Origin: a virus
Lineage: Duplodnaviria > Caudoviricetes
Length of the DNA stretch: 34,792 nucleotides
Strand: one strand, 5' to 3'
IMG/VR virus record: IMGVR_UViG_3300017766_001735
Coordinates: 1 to 34,792 of that record
Shown: positions 16,846-27,196 of the stretch, one piece after another
Position numbering within the stretch: position 1 is the first letter of the stretch
How the letters are laid out: each line of letters begins with the position of its first letter
The notes under the pieces: model-generated
Seen by the model: the letters and a program-made list of their open reading frames with translations, nothing else
The model's database searches: none
Told to the model about the DNA's origin: nothing
Translations under genes and position numbers: made by a program

Positions 16846-19451
16846 GCCAGATCCCAACCGACTCCGGAATACCACGTCGCCTGCCGCAGCCGCAGACACA
16901 GGTGATGGACACCTTCGTCGGTTTCCGCGCACCTGGCCCGCAGCTACAGCAGCCTGCCGAGCTCCCCCGGTGGCAGAGCGAGCTGTTCGAGGTGGCAGAG
17001 GCGTTCAGCGGCCTGTCGAACAGCCTGTCGTCCCTGTCGAAGACCTGGGGTGCGGAGGCGGAACGCACCGGAAAGATCGCCGGAGACGAGGCGTTCACGC
17101 TGATGAATCCCGAGCAGCAGCGGAACGCCGCGGCGAAGGACTGGGCCGAGCTTGAGCGCGACAATCCGTCGCTCAAGGGGTCGTCCCCGTTCATGCGCCT
17201 GGCCATCCGACAGGCCGCGGGAAAGCGCCTGGTCGAGCAGCAGCTGGGCAAGGTACTCAACGACAACATGGACAGGCTTGCGGATCCGATGAGCGACGAG
17301 GACGCGATGACGTTCTCGGCGGGCCAGCTCCGTTCAATCATCGAGAAGATCCCGTCGGTGTACGCGCGCGATGCGGCGAACCAGTACGGAACGTCGATGA
17401 TCGAGAAGTACAACGGAGTCGTGGAGGACACCAAGCGCAAGCGGACCGTGCTCAAGAACAACGAGAACTTCCAGATGGAGGTCAAGGACATCCTGGAGGA
17501 GAACCTGTCCGCGGAAGGCGACATGACGGCAGACGGTCTTGCCGAGCGGTTCAAGGTCGTGCAGGACAAGTACCACACGATCACAGGCGACTCCGGGAAC
17601 CTTGCCGTGTTCGACGCGGTGAAGGGCATGGCGGAGACTTTGATCGCCAACGGCCGCTACGGTGACGCCCGTGAGCTTGTCCGCGGCATGAGCTCGTACT
17701 CATCGAACGGACAGGTCACGTTCGGCAAGATGTACGCCGAGGAGTTCTCCAAGCTGATCGACCTGGCGAACGACAAGGAGCAGGCGGATGTCCGAAGCGT
17801 ACGCCAGGACGACGCGTACCGGATCGGCAAGGCGGCGACGTCGGCGCTGTTCAACGTCGATGCGTCGAAGATGCAGTCGATGACCGAGGGAGAGCTGAAG
17901 GCCCTGGCGCAGCAGACCGTGCAGGAAGCCGGGCTCGACCCGAGCTACTTCGGTGAGATGTACGACACCATCCTCCAGGTGCGCGACGGGCAGCTCGACA
18001 GGCTGAACCGCGGCAAGGACGCGGACGCCGAGGATCTTTCCGTGATGATGCGGATTCGCCGCGAGACGATGAGCCCGGATGCGGACTACGACTCGCTGGA
18101 GCAACAGGTCTACGACGCCCACAAGAGCGGGGTCATCAAGCGGGACACCGCGATGGCTCTTCTTGGCCAGATCGAGAACTCCAAGAACGTCTACAGCGAC
18201 TCGGCTTCCCCGGCCATCCGCGAGGCCCGCGGCCGTCTCAAGTTCGGCACGGGCATCAACCCGTCCGATCTCAAGGGATCCGCGCTGGTCGAGTACGACC
18301 AGATCGTGACCGGGCTTGAGATGCAGTTCGACCAGGCCGTCGTGGCCGCGCGCGAGGAAGTCCTCAAGGACATGACGGCGAAGGGAATCCCCGTCAACAG
18401 CGAGTCGGTGAACCACCATCTCGGCATGAGGTCGAACGAGATCGCCACGGACCTGATGCAGAAGGCGAACGAAAGGATCTCCGCATTTCGCGCCAAGTAC
18501 GAGCCGAAGGCGCTGTTCCGCGAATACATGACGTCGAGCTCCGTCCCGCAGACGGCGGCGGAAAGTCTGAACGACACGCTCAACGCGATGTCCGGCGGCG
18601 CCGACATGGACCCTGGCTTCAAGTCCGCGGTCGAGCGGTCGCGTCTCAAGTACAACCTGCATTTCCGGAAGTTCATCAACGCCAAGGTGGTCGAGCTGTC
18701 GCAGCAGGGCCTTGAAGGCCAGGAGCTGTACGACGCCGTTGACGCGGCCGTTGTCGAGGAGACGGAGAAGAAGATCGGGTGGCTGAACGATCTCAACGAG
18801 CGGCGCATGGACCCGTCGAAGGGAGTCGTGTCCGTCGAGAAGGGCTACGGCTCTTACCCGGGCATCGACATCGCCCGCGCTGCGCGGAAGGACATGGCGG
18901 CCCGTACGCAGCTTCCGGCTGTGCCCGAGGAGTTCGCCGGATTGACCCAGGCGGGACGGTTCGGAAACACGTTCCGTTCGTGGATCGAGGAGCTGAACAC
19001 CGAGGACGAGGCCGATCTAGCCGAGGCCAGGACGAACGCGAAGGCCGAGGCTGGAAGGTTCGTCCAACAGGTCGGGGCGCCACGGTCGAACAACATCACC
19101 GTTTCCGGGGCGTCGATCATGCGCGACGGCGTGATCGACAACGACGCCACATCGACGTACTGGAACGCGAAGGTGCAATGGGACGGACTGTCCATTGCGG
19201 AAGTCAGGACCGGACGCACCGACGAGGGGCTTCAGATCGACCCGAAGTACCTGTTGTCCCGCGTCACGAAGATCAAGGAGCTCGACACCCCGTCGAAGTT
19301 GCGGGCCGCTTATGGACAGTACGTTCAGTCGCAGTCCGGACCATTCGCGGAATACCTTGACGCGCTGCCGTTCGACATCAGCCCGGTCGATGCCGTCGAT
19401 CTGCTCCGCTACAACCTAGAGACGAATCTCGGAGAGACAGAGAACCCATGA
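16842..19451 (+). CDS. internal virion protein C (T7 gp15 position)
   Basis: 869-aa helical protein between the gp14- and gp16-like genes with ATGA overlaps; call rests mostly on synteny. Confidence 0.72.
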   Translation: MSQIPTDSGIPRRLPQPQTQVMDTFVGFRAPGPQLQQPAELPRWQSELFEVAEAFSGLSNSLSSLSKTWGAEAERTGKIAGDEAFTLMNPEQQRNAAAKDWAELERDNPSLKGSSPFMRLAIRQAAGKRLVEQQLGKVLNDNMDRLADPMSDEDAMTFSAGQLRSIIEKIPSVYARDAANQYGTSMIEKYNGVVEDTKRKRTVLKNNENFQMEVKDILEENLSAEGDMTADGLAERFKVVQDKYHTITGDSGNLAVFDAVKGMAETLIANGRYGDARELVRGMSSYSSNGQVTFGKMYAEEFSKLIDLANDKEQADVRSVRQDDAYRIGKAATSALFNVDASKMQSMTEGELKALAQQTVQEAGLDPSYFGEMYDTILQVRDGQLDRLNRGKDADAEDLSVMMRIRRETMSPDADYDSLEQQVYDAHKSGVIKRDTAMALLGQIENSKNVYSDSASPAIREARGRLKFGTGINPSDLKGSALVEYDQIVTGLEMQFDQAVVAAREEVLKDMTAKGIPVNSESVNHHLGMRSNEIATDLMQKANERISAFRAKYEPKALFREYMTSSSVPQTAAESLNDTLNAMSGGADMDPGFKSAVERSRLKYNLHFRKFINAKVVELSQQGLEGQELYDAVDAAVVEETEKKIGWLNDLNERRMDPSKGVVSVEKGYGSYPGIDIARAARKDMAARTQLPAVPEEFAGLTQAGRFGNTFRSWIEELNTEDEADLAEARTNAKAEAGRFVQQVGAPRSNNITVSGASIMRDGVIDNDATSTYWNAKVQWDGLSIAEVRTGRTDEGLQIDPKYLLSRVTKIKELDTPSKLRAAYGQYVQSQSGPFAEYLDALPFDISPVDAVDLLRYNLETNLGETENP

Positions 19452-22400
19452 GCCGACTACAGAGCGTGGACGACATCTGGAACTCGTACGCAGACCGACG
19501 GTCGGCCATCGAGAGCGCGCCTATCTCACCGTTCGGCCGCGGCCCTTCGCAGGCGACCGCAGGCGTCGAGGAGAACGTGTCCGGTTTCTGGGGAACGGTG
19601 TCCGACGTCGTCAAGGGCGTTCCCCGCGGCGTCTGGGGAGCAGCCGACTCGATCATGCAGATGCTGTACTACGGAACGGGCGGCATCATCGGCAACGACG
19701 AGCGCGAGGCCCCGTTCGGCGTCGAGGCGTGGCGCGGCCATTCGCAGACGATTCCCGGATCCATCTCGGAGACGGTCGCGCAGGTTTACCTTCCGTTCGG
19801 CGCGGGCATGAAGGCCGTCAAGGCCACCACGAAGGCGGTCGGGCTTGCCGGATACGGCACGGCCGCCACGGCGGCTCTTGGCGAGGAAGCGGTCATCGCG
19901 GCCGCCGCGGGACAGCGCGCCCGTGCCGTCGGCCTGGCCGCGGCCGGACGCGGCATCGAGATGGTCAAGGCGGGTGCAACGGGAGTCGCAGCCGGGGCCA
20001 TCGCGGACACGCTGGCGTTCGAGTCACACGCGCAGCGCCTGTCCAACTTCCTGACCACGTTCGACAACCCGCTTCTCAACAACTCGCTGACGCAGTACAT
20101 GGCGGCGGACGAGGACGACACGTTCCTGGAAGGCAAGTTCAAGAACGCCCTGGAGGGCGCGCTGTTCTCCGGAGCCGTCGAGTCCATCATTGGATCCGCG
20201 CGCGTCATCCGAGCCGGAATGCGCGCAAGCCGCATCGGGTCGGACGCGAATGCGGCTATGTTCGCGGAGCACATGACGATCCGCCGCGAACAGCGTGAGC
20301 AGATCATGGGCAGCCTGGGCGTCACCGCCGACGAGGCCGAGGTCGTCAACGCGGTCATCGACGCGACGGGAATGTCGCGGAAGAACCTGGAGTTCGCCCG
20401 GTCGGCGGAAGAGCTCGTTGACGAGGCGGGCCAGCCGCGGCGCGCGTCGGTCACGTTCAAGCAAGACGGGCAGACCCTCATCACGTTCTTCAAGACCGCG
20501 GACCGGACCAGCCCGGTGCATGAGGTTTCCCACGTCGTCCGCAGGCGCCTGCTCGACCGGAGCCTCGCTCCCGAGCACCGCTTCGGAATCACCGACATGG
20601 ACATCAAGGTCATCGAGGATTTCGTCGGTGTCCGCGAGGGAACGTGGGACGTGATGTCGGAAGAGCGGTGGGCCGCGCTGTTCGAGCGGTTCACCTGGGA
20701 CGGCATCGCTCCCAACAGGAAGGTCGCTGCGGTCATGGACCGTGCGGCCGACTTCATGCGCGCCGTCTACACCCGGCTCGACGCCGACGATCTTCTCCGG
20801 CAGGCGGACCCCGAACGGTACGCGGCTTCCGGTGGAGTTCCGAACCGCCTGGAGATCAATCCGGAGGTCCGCCGTGTGATGAACAAGCTGATGTCGCGCG
20901 GCCCCGTGACCACGGACGACGCCATCCGCACGTTCGTCGGAGCCAAGCGCAAGGGCATGGTCATCCCGGGATCGGGACGGCTGTACCGGACGATGCAGGC
21001 CACCCTGGAGCAGAAGCTTGACGAGCGGCAGTCCGTGCAGGCGTTCGAGTCCCTGTACGACGAGCCGACGCTGTACCAGAGCAAGAAGGCCAAGATGCCT
21101 TCTACCAGCGATCCGGCGTACCCCGTCAAGCGCGGGCGCGAAGAGGTGCTGGACCGCGTTCGCCGCGAGGTCAACCAGGGTTCGCTCGACCGAGCCGACG
21201 CCGACGCGATGGAGAAGTTCATCAGGAACCTTCCGGACGACGTGCTCGACGCGCAGGGAGTCCGCTTCCGCAAGTCGGCCAGCCTTGGAAAGTCGCAGAT
21301 CGGCGGCGTCACTTTGGGAACGTACAACCGCGGATCGAACATCGTCAGCATCGCGTCCGACTGGATGAAGGCAACGAAGGTCCGTGAAACGTGGTCGCAC
21401 GAATGGGTCCACGCCCTGACTTCGTTCATGCCGGACGAAGTGCTGAACCTTCTCAAGTCCGACTACACGCGCGCCTACCAGAAGTTCATTCGTCTTGAGG
21501 GCATCGACCCGCGGGCCAAGCCTGGAACGAACGAGTTCACGCAGCTCACTCAATGGATGAGCAAGAACCCGAACCGCTACGAAGAGCTGTACTCGCTGAC
21601 CAACCTTGACGAGTTCCTGGCCGTCGGCTTGCAGACGAAGCTGTGGAAGCAGCTCGACATCCAGGAGAACACGCGGAGCTTCCTGGGCTACGCGCGGTAC
21701 GCGCTGCACAACGCGATGGTCAGCATCAAGGCCACGGCAGGCAAGGGCACGTTCGACCGAATCGCGCGCGAGATCATGGACGCCGACTACCGCATGGCGA
21801 AGAAGCGCCGCGACTCGATGCTGGACATGATCGGCATGGGCGATCTTGCCCGCAAGGACGCGGTGTCGGTCGATGCCACGTTCGGCAACTGGATGCAGAA
21901 GGTAAGGGACGACCTAGACAACCGTAGGTCGTATATGTTCCGCGACTACCAGGCAGCGCAGGCGGCCCGCACCGAGGGCGAGATCCTAGTGGAATCCACC
22001 GTGTACCGCGACTGGAACAAGCTCGACTTGAGCGCGGAGCAGCGGGTGTTCGGAGGGACGGGCCCGGCGAAGAAGGCGCCGCAGACGACGACGCTGTTCC
22101 AGTCGGCGCGCACCGTCCAGCCACCGGAGGGAATGCAGCGGGCAACGCGGTACACGGTCGGGGACCGCGGGCTTCTCAACAACCAGGTGCTCGATTATGC
22201 AAGGCTCACCGACGAGGAAGAGGCAGAGGTTATTCAGCTTCTCAACTACGGGCTTGAACAGCCGCGTGGCGTATCGACAAAGGCGGAGTTCTACTTCACC
22301 GATGATGGTTTGAGCAAGAACGCCCGGCTTATCGAGCTGTTGAAGAAGGCGGCAAAGGGACCAGTAAAGGAAACAACGGTGTTTGCGCCAAAGACCGCAG

Positions 22401-25237
22401 TTTGGTCGTCCAGGGACGGGCAGATTGCAGTCATGCCGAAATCGGTTCAGCGCATTGACGCAGGGAACCCGCCGGAAACCCTGTTCCAGTCCGCCTTCCA
22501 GGGCCAGGGCGCCCCGCTTCCCCAGCCGCTGCGCCAGCCGCTTGGAGGCCAGCCGCCGCAGCGGCCCATCAACATCGCGCGCACCAGCACGGCGCAGGAA
22601 GTCCGCGACTTCATCGACATCCGCGTCCAGGAGCTTGAGGCCGACGGACGCGTGGCCATCAACACGATGACGCGCGAGGAGATGATCGCCGCGGGTGAGC
22701 GCGAACTCATGCAAGTGGCGGACTTCACGGGATACCGCACCCTGCCCGAGCTGAACAACGCGCTGCGGGCGAACGAGGACGCGCTCCAGGGATTCGTGTC
22801 CCGCCACATGGGAATGCGTATGGCGCTGTCGGAGACGGGAACCGACCTGATCCGTTCGCGCGACCTGATGATGCAGAGCAACAGCGACGTGGACATCGCC
22901 AGGTTCGTCGCGCTCCAGCAGCGGTACGACGTGCTGCTTGAGCACGTCAAGCGCAACCAGGCGACCATCGGCCGCGGCCTCAACGCGCAGAACATCATCC
23001 CCGGCAACGGCGCCATCGCTGTCCGCCTGGTGGACGAGTCGATGCTGAACGACCCCGCGATGGTGACTGACATCATCGAGGCGGCGGGCGGGCGCGATGC
23101 CGTGATGGCGATGGCCCGCGTCTCCCAGGCGGCCGAGGCCCGCGGCGGAATCGCCGGGGCGGTCCGTGCGACCAACGGCGGACGCCACGGCGTCGTGAAC
23201 GTCCTGACCGAATACTGGATGAACAGCATCCTGTCCGGTCCGATCACGTTCGCCACGAACATCACGTCGAACGCCGTGGCCTCGCTGTACCTTCCGCTTG
23301 AGCAGGCGCTCGGCGCATCGCTCACCCGGAATATGCCGCTGATGCGCGAGTCGCTGATGCGGTACGGCGCGCTGTTCACCGAGGTCAGGGACGCGCTGCA
23401 CTACGCTGGTATCACCCTGCGGACGGGCGACAACATCCTCGACCTGGCGGGAACCAACCTGTTGACGGGCCAGGCCACGCAGCGGAACCGCGCGATCTCC
23501 GCGGCCTCGATGCGGATGCACGACAACACGATGCTCGGCTCGTTCGTCAACATGGTCGGAACCGTGGTCAACGCCCCGAGCTCCGCGCTACAGGCGACCG
23601 ACGAGTTCTTCAAGCAGCTCAACTACCGATCCACGGTCAAGGCGGGGCTCATGGCCGACGCGATGACCGAGGCAGCCGCAGGCCGACTTCCGCGCGACCA
23701 GATGGGCGCATGGGTCGAGACGAACTTTCAGCGCATGGTCGATCAGGGGCAGATGTACTCGCAGCAGAAGATCAGGGCGGACGCCAACAACGCGGCGCGC
23801 CGGGAGATCCAGGCCGGGACGTTCACGGAGAACAGCGCCGAGCACCTTCAGTTCGTGCGCGAGTATGTCCAGCGCGAGTGGAACCCGAACCAGGGCGCGC
23901 TGGCGACCCGTGCCCGTGACATCTCGCGCGAGGCCACGTTCACCACGCCGCTTCGCCGCGACCGTCCGGGCCTTGAGGGAATCAGCGCGAAGATCCAGAA
24001 CATCGTGGCGCAGCATCCCTCGATGCGTATTCTCGTCCCCTTCGTCCGCACACCGACCAACCTGGCGCTGTTCTTCGGGCAGCGCCTGCCGATCAACGGC
24101 GTGATGTACGCGACTCCGGGACTGCGGGACGTGAGCACACGGTTCAGCCGCGACATGGCCAGCGCCGATCCGGTCGTCCGTGCGGCGGCCGCCGGACGCA
24201 TGGCCGGAGGCTCGATCATCACCGTGTCTGCGCTGATGATGGCGATGAACGGCACGATCACCGGATCCGGACCGAAGGATCCCGAGGAGCGCGCCTACAT
24301 GATGAAGGCGGGGTGGCAGCCCTACTCGATCAAGGTCGGCAACACCTACATCAGCTACAGGAAGCTCGATCCGTTCGCCACGTTCTTCGGCATGGCCGCG
24401 GATCTCCACGAAGCGTATGTCCGCGGCGACGAGGAGCAGCGCGGCGTCATCGAGACGACGCTGATGGGGCTCACGGCGGCCATCGCCAACAACATCGCCA
24501 ACAAGACCTACCTGACGGGTCTGGTCAATGCGTCGAACGCCATCTCCGACGCGGAGCGCAACGGAGCGCAATACGTCAACACGTTCGTCGCTTCGTTCAT
24601 CCCGTCGCTGTCCTCGCAGTCGAACGAGCTGTTCTTCGAGGACACGGCGATGCGCGACGTGCAGACGATCTCCGATGCGGTACGGGCAAGGATTCCCGGC
24701 CTTGCCGAGAAGGTGGCTCCGCGCCGCGACGTCATGGGCGAGGTCATCCGCAAGCCGGACCGCATCGGCCTGCTGCCTCCGGCGTGGCCGTTCGCTTTCT
24801 CGCAGTCGAAGAAGTCGGCCATCATCGAGAACGAGCTGGCCGCGCTCGGGGCGGGCTTCACCCCGCCGCGGTCGATGCGGAACGACGTCGATCTCCGCAC
24901 CTTCGTCAACCGCAAGGGCCAGACGTCGTACGACAGGTGGCAGGAGCTCACCGGAAAGGTGCGGCTCAATGGCCGGACCCTGCGCGAGAGCATGGAGCAG
25001 GCGATTCAGAGCCCGACGTACCAGGCGCTCGACCCCACCGGAGTCCCCGGATACGAGTCCCCGCGCGTGGCCGCGCTGCGGAAGCTGATCTCGCAGTACC
25101 GTGACGCGGCGTTCCGCGAGACGGCCCGCGAGTTCCCAGACCTTATGGAAGCCGAACGGAACAGGCGGGCAACCGTGATCGGCGCACGGAGCGGAAAGCC
25201 CTTCGCAGAGCTTCTTCAATACAGCCGAGGTAGATGA
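19448..25237 (+). CDS. very large internal virion protein D (T7 gp16 position), polyvalent-type with two HExxH motifs
   Basis: 1929 aa. EGKFKNALEG, HEVSH (20519-20533), HEWVH (21398-21412), EYWMNSILSGP, DEFFKQLNYR, PFVRTPTN, GWQPYSIKVG...KLDPF. Confidence 0.85.
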   Translation: MSRLQSVDDIWNSYADRRSAIESAPISPFGRGPSQATAGVEENVSGFWGTVSDVVKGVPRGVWGAADSIMQMLYYGTGGIIGNDEREAPFGVEAWRGHSQTIPGSISETVAQVYLPFGAGMKAVKATTKAVGLAGYGTAATAALGEEAVIAAAAGQRARAVGLAAAGRGIEMVKAGATGVAAGAIADTLAFESHAQRLSNFLTTFDNPLLNNSLTQYMAADEDDTFLEGKFKNALEGALFSGAVESIIGSARVIRAGMRASRIGSDANAAMFAEHMTIRREQREQIMGSLGVTADEAEVVNAVIDATGMSRKNLEFARSAEELVDEAGQPRRASVTFKQDGQTLITFFKTADRTSPVHEVSHVVRRRLLDRSLAPEHRFGITDMDIKVIEDFVGVREGTWDVMSEERWAALFERFTWDGIAPNRKVAAVMDRAADFMRAVYTRLDADDLLRQADPERYAASGGVPNRLEINPEVRRVMNKLMSRGPVTTDDAIRTFVGAKRKGMVIPGSGRLYRTMQATLEQKLDERQSVQAFESLYDEPTLYQSKKAKMPSTSDPAYPVKRGREEVLDRVRREVNQGSLDRADADAMEKFIRNLPDDVLDAQGVRFRKSASLGKSQIGGVTLGTYNRGSNIVSIASDWMKATKVRETWSHEWVHALTSFMPDEVLNLLKSDYTRAYQKFIRLEGIDPRAKPGTNEFTQLTQWMSKNPNRYEELYSLTNLDEFLAVGLQTKLWKQLDIQENTRSFLGYARYALHNAMVSIKATAGKGTFDRIAREIMDADYRMAKKRRDSMLDMIGMGDLARKDAVSVDATFGNWMQKVRDDLDNRRSYMFRDYQAAQAARTEGEILVESTVYRDWNKLDLSAEQRVFGGTGPAKKAPQTTTLFQSARTVQPPEGMQRATRYTVGDRGLLNNQVLDYARLTDEEEAEVIQLLNYGLEQPRGVSTKAEFYFTDDGLSKNARLIELLKKAAKGPVKETTVFAPKTAVWSSRDGQIAVMPKSVQRIDAGNPPETLFQSAFQGQGAPLPQPLRQPLGGQPPQRPINIARTSTAQEVRDFIDIRVQELEADGRVAINTMTREEMIAAGERELMQVADFTGYRTLPELNNALRANEDALQGFVSRHMGMRMALSETGTDLIRSRDLMMQSNSDVDIARFVALQQRYDVLLEHVKRNQATIGRGLNAQNIIPGNGAIAVRLVDESMLNDPAMVTDIIEAAGGRDAVMAMARVSQAAEARGGIAGAVRATNGGRHGVVNVLTEYWMNSILSGPITFATNITSNAVASLYLPLEQALGASLTRNMPLMRESLMRYGALFTEVRDALHYAGITLRTGDNILDLAGTNLLTGQATQRNRAISAASMRMHDNTMLGSFVNMVGTVVNAPSSALQATDEFFKQLNYRSTVKAGLMADAMTEAAAGRLPRDQMGAWVETNFQRMVDQGQMYSQQKIRADANNAARREIQAGTFTENSAEHLQFVREYVQREWNPNQGALATRARDISREATFTTPLRRDRPGLEGISAKIQNIVAQHPSMRILVPFVRTPTNLALFFGQRLPINGVMYATPGLRDVSTRFSRDMASADPVVRAAAAGRMAGGSIITVSALMMAMNGTITGSGPKDPEERAYMMKAGWQPYSIKVGNTYISYRKLDPFATFFGMAADLHEAYVRGDEEQRGVIETTLMGLTAAIANNIANKTYLTGLVNASNAISDAERNGAQYVNTFVASFIPSLSSQSNELFFEDTAMRDVQTISDAVRARIPGLAEKVAPRRDVMGEVIRKPDRIGLLPPAWPFAFSQSKKSAIIENELAALGAGFTPPRSMRNDVDLRTFVNRKGQTSYDRWQELTGKVRLNGRTLRESMEQAIQSPTYQALDPTGVPGYESPRVAALRKLISQYRDAAFRETAREFPDLMEAERNRRATVIGARSGKPFAELLQYSRGR

Positions 25238-26868
25238 TGGCTAACTCATTCCAGGCACACACGGCCAACGGATCGACGGCGACTTTCAGCTGGGCGCAGA
25301 TCGACGGCTATCTGTCCACCACGCACATCAAGGTGTACGTCAACAACGTCGGGCCAAAGACGGTCACGACCGAGTACACCATCGACACCACGGCCAAGAC
25401 GATCACGTTCACCGCGGGCAACATCCCGTCGAACGGCGATTACGTCGAGATCCGCCGCGTGACGCCGAACACGGTCGCCGGGCTACAGGTGACGTTCAGC
25501 GATGCGTCGGTGCTGACGGCGGCCGATCTGAACAACGCGCAGAAGCAGAACCTGTTCATCGCGCAGGAGGCGTACGACACGGGCGACGGCGGCCTGGCGC
25601 TCAACGACACGGGCACGGCATGGGATTCGCAGAACAAGCGGATCGAGCGCGTCGATGCACCCGTCAACCTGACCGACGCCGCGACCAAGAAGTACGTCGA
25701 TAGCATCTCGCTGTTTGGCGCGTACACGGTCCCGCAGTCGTGGGCGGCATCCGGAAACGGAATCACGGCAAACTTCGATCTCACGAATCCGGCGCCGACG
25801 TGCACGGACCCGGCGATGTTCCTGGTGGAAGTCAACGGCGTTCTCCAGCGCCCGGGCGTCAACTACACCATCGGGCTTTCCGGAAGCACCTACCGCGTCG
25901 AGTTCCTGGGCGGAGTCCCCGGATCCGGGACCAACAACATCACCATCCGCAACTTCGGCGTGGCCCGCAACGCGCTCGACGTCCTGCCCAACGCGTCGGT
26001 GACGGCGCAGTACCTGGCCACGGGCGCAGTCGAGACGGCGAAGATCCTCGACGCCAACGTGACGGAATCCAAGCTTGCCTCCGATTCGGTGACGACGGCC
26101 AAGATTGTCGCCAATGCTGTTACGGAAGCCAAGCTTGCCACCGATTCAGTTACGGCGGCCAAGATCGCCGCAAATGCTGTTACGGAAGCCAAGCTTGCCA
26201 CCGATTCGGTGACGACGGCCAAGATCGCGGCGAATGCCGTGACGACGGCCAAGATCGCGCCGGGAAACGTGACTGGCGGATCCATCGCCAGCAGCACGAT
26301 CACGACGACGAATCTGAATCTCACGGGCTTTGCACCGTCCAGCGGATTCGCATTGAGGTTCTTTGGCGTGACGTCGGCGGGAGCCGCGGCCTACTACCAG
26401 CCGTCGAGCTTCAAGTTGAGCGACTTCAGCGCCCCGACCGCCGCCATCAACATGAACAGCCAGGCGTTCACGAACATCGAGGGAGCGGCATATACCCCGG
26501 TGCTCAACTTCAACGGCAACTCGGTCGGCGTGGTCTACGGGTCGCGCTCCGCGGAGTATCTGAAGATCGGCAAGCTGGTGTTCGTCGCGGGCTCGATCAC
26601 GCTGACGGCAAAGGGCTCTTCGGTGGGCCAGGCCCGCGTGACGCTTCCCGTCGCCCCCGCGGGCAACCGCTGCCTGATCGACGTCCAGTACGCGGGCGGC
26701 ATGGCAAGCCTGACCAACCCGAACCAGTCGTTCGTGGACGTCACGACCGGGGATCTGTGGCTGTACCAGCGGGCGACTGCGGGAACGGGCGGAGCTTCCG
26801 TCACGGACACCAACTTCACCAACACGTCGTCCTTCTACTACAGCGGCTTCTACATCGCTGCAAGCTAA
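25237..26868 (+). CDS. tail fibre protein (T7 gp17-like N-terminal anchor)
   Basis: VEIRRVTP...FSDASVLTAADLN...LFIAQE anchor, DAATKKYVD, central VTTAKI repeats, beta-rich C-terminal tip. Confidence 0.9.
   Translation: MANSFQAHTANGSTATFSWAQIDGYLSTTHIKVYVNNVGPKTVTTEYTIDTTAKTITFTAGNIPSNGDYVEIRRVTPNTVAGLQVTFSDASVLTAADLNNAQKQNLFIAQEAYDTGDGGLALNDTGTAWDSQNKRIERVDAPVNLTDAATKKYVDSISLFGAYTVPQSWAASGNGITANFDLTNPAPTCTDPAMFLVEVNGVLQRPGVNYTIGLSGSTYRVEFLGGVPGSGTNNITIRNFGVARNALDVLPNASVTAQYLATGAVETAKILDANVTESKLASDSVTTAKIVANAVTEAKLATDSVTAAKIAANAVTEAKLATDSVTTAKIAANAVTTAKIAPGNVTGGSIASSTITTTNLNLTGFAPSSGFALRFFGVTSAGAAAYYQPSSFKLSDFSAPTAAINMNSQAFTNIEGAAYTPVLNFNGNSVGVVYGSRSAEYLKIGKLVFVAGSITLTAKGSSVGQARVTLPVAPAGNRCLIDVQYAGGMASLTNPNQSFVDVTTGDLWLYQRATAGTGGASVTDTNFTNTSSFYYSGFYIAAS
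26020..26270 (+). repeat. 10-aa (30-bp) tandem coding repeat in tail fibre shaft
   Basis: About 8 copies of [AS]VT[TEA]AK[IL]Axx. 35 bp identical at 26113-26147 and 26173-26207. Confidence 0.9.
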
Positions 26869-26878
26869 AGGAACATCC

Positions 26879-27196
26879 ATGCCCCTCAACACCGTCACCG
26901 CCGATCAATCCACGGGATTGCTCAAGACCGCGAACAACCTTTCCGAGATCCGTGCCTACACGGACCAGCTGTTCGCCGTCGGGGACATCAAGCTCATTCC
27001 GGGAAGCACGGCTCCGAAGGGGTGGCTCCTGTGCAACGGAGCATCGGTCAGCACGACGACATACGCGGCGCTGTTCACCAGGATCGCCTACTCGTTCGGC
27101 GGCTCCGGAGCGAACTTCACCCTGCCCAGCATCACCGCTCCTTCGTCCGGAGGAACGACCAGCTACATCATCAAGGCGTCGGAGTACACGCCGTGA
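26879..27196 (+). CDS. tail collar domain protein
   Basis: VGDIKL...APKGWLLCNGASVSTTTYAALFTRI...FTLP and YIIKA. RBS AAGGA. Confidence 0.85.
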   Translation: MPLNTVTADQSTGLLKTANNLSEIRAYTDQLFAVGDIKLIPGSTAPKGWLLCNGASVSTTTYAALFTRIAYSFGGSGANFTLPSITAPSSGGTTSYIIKASEYTP

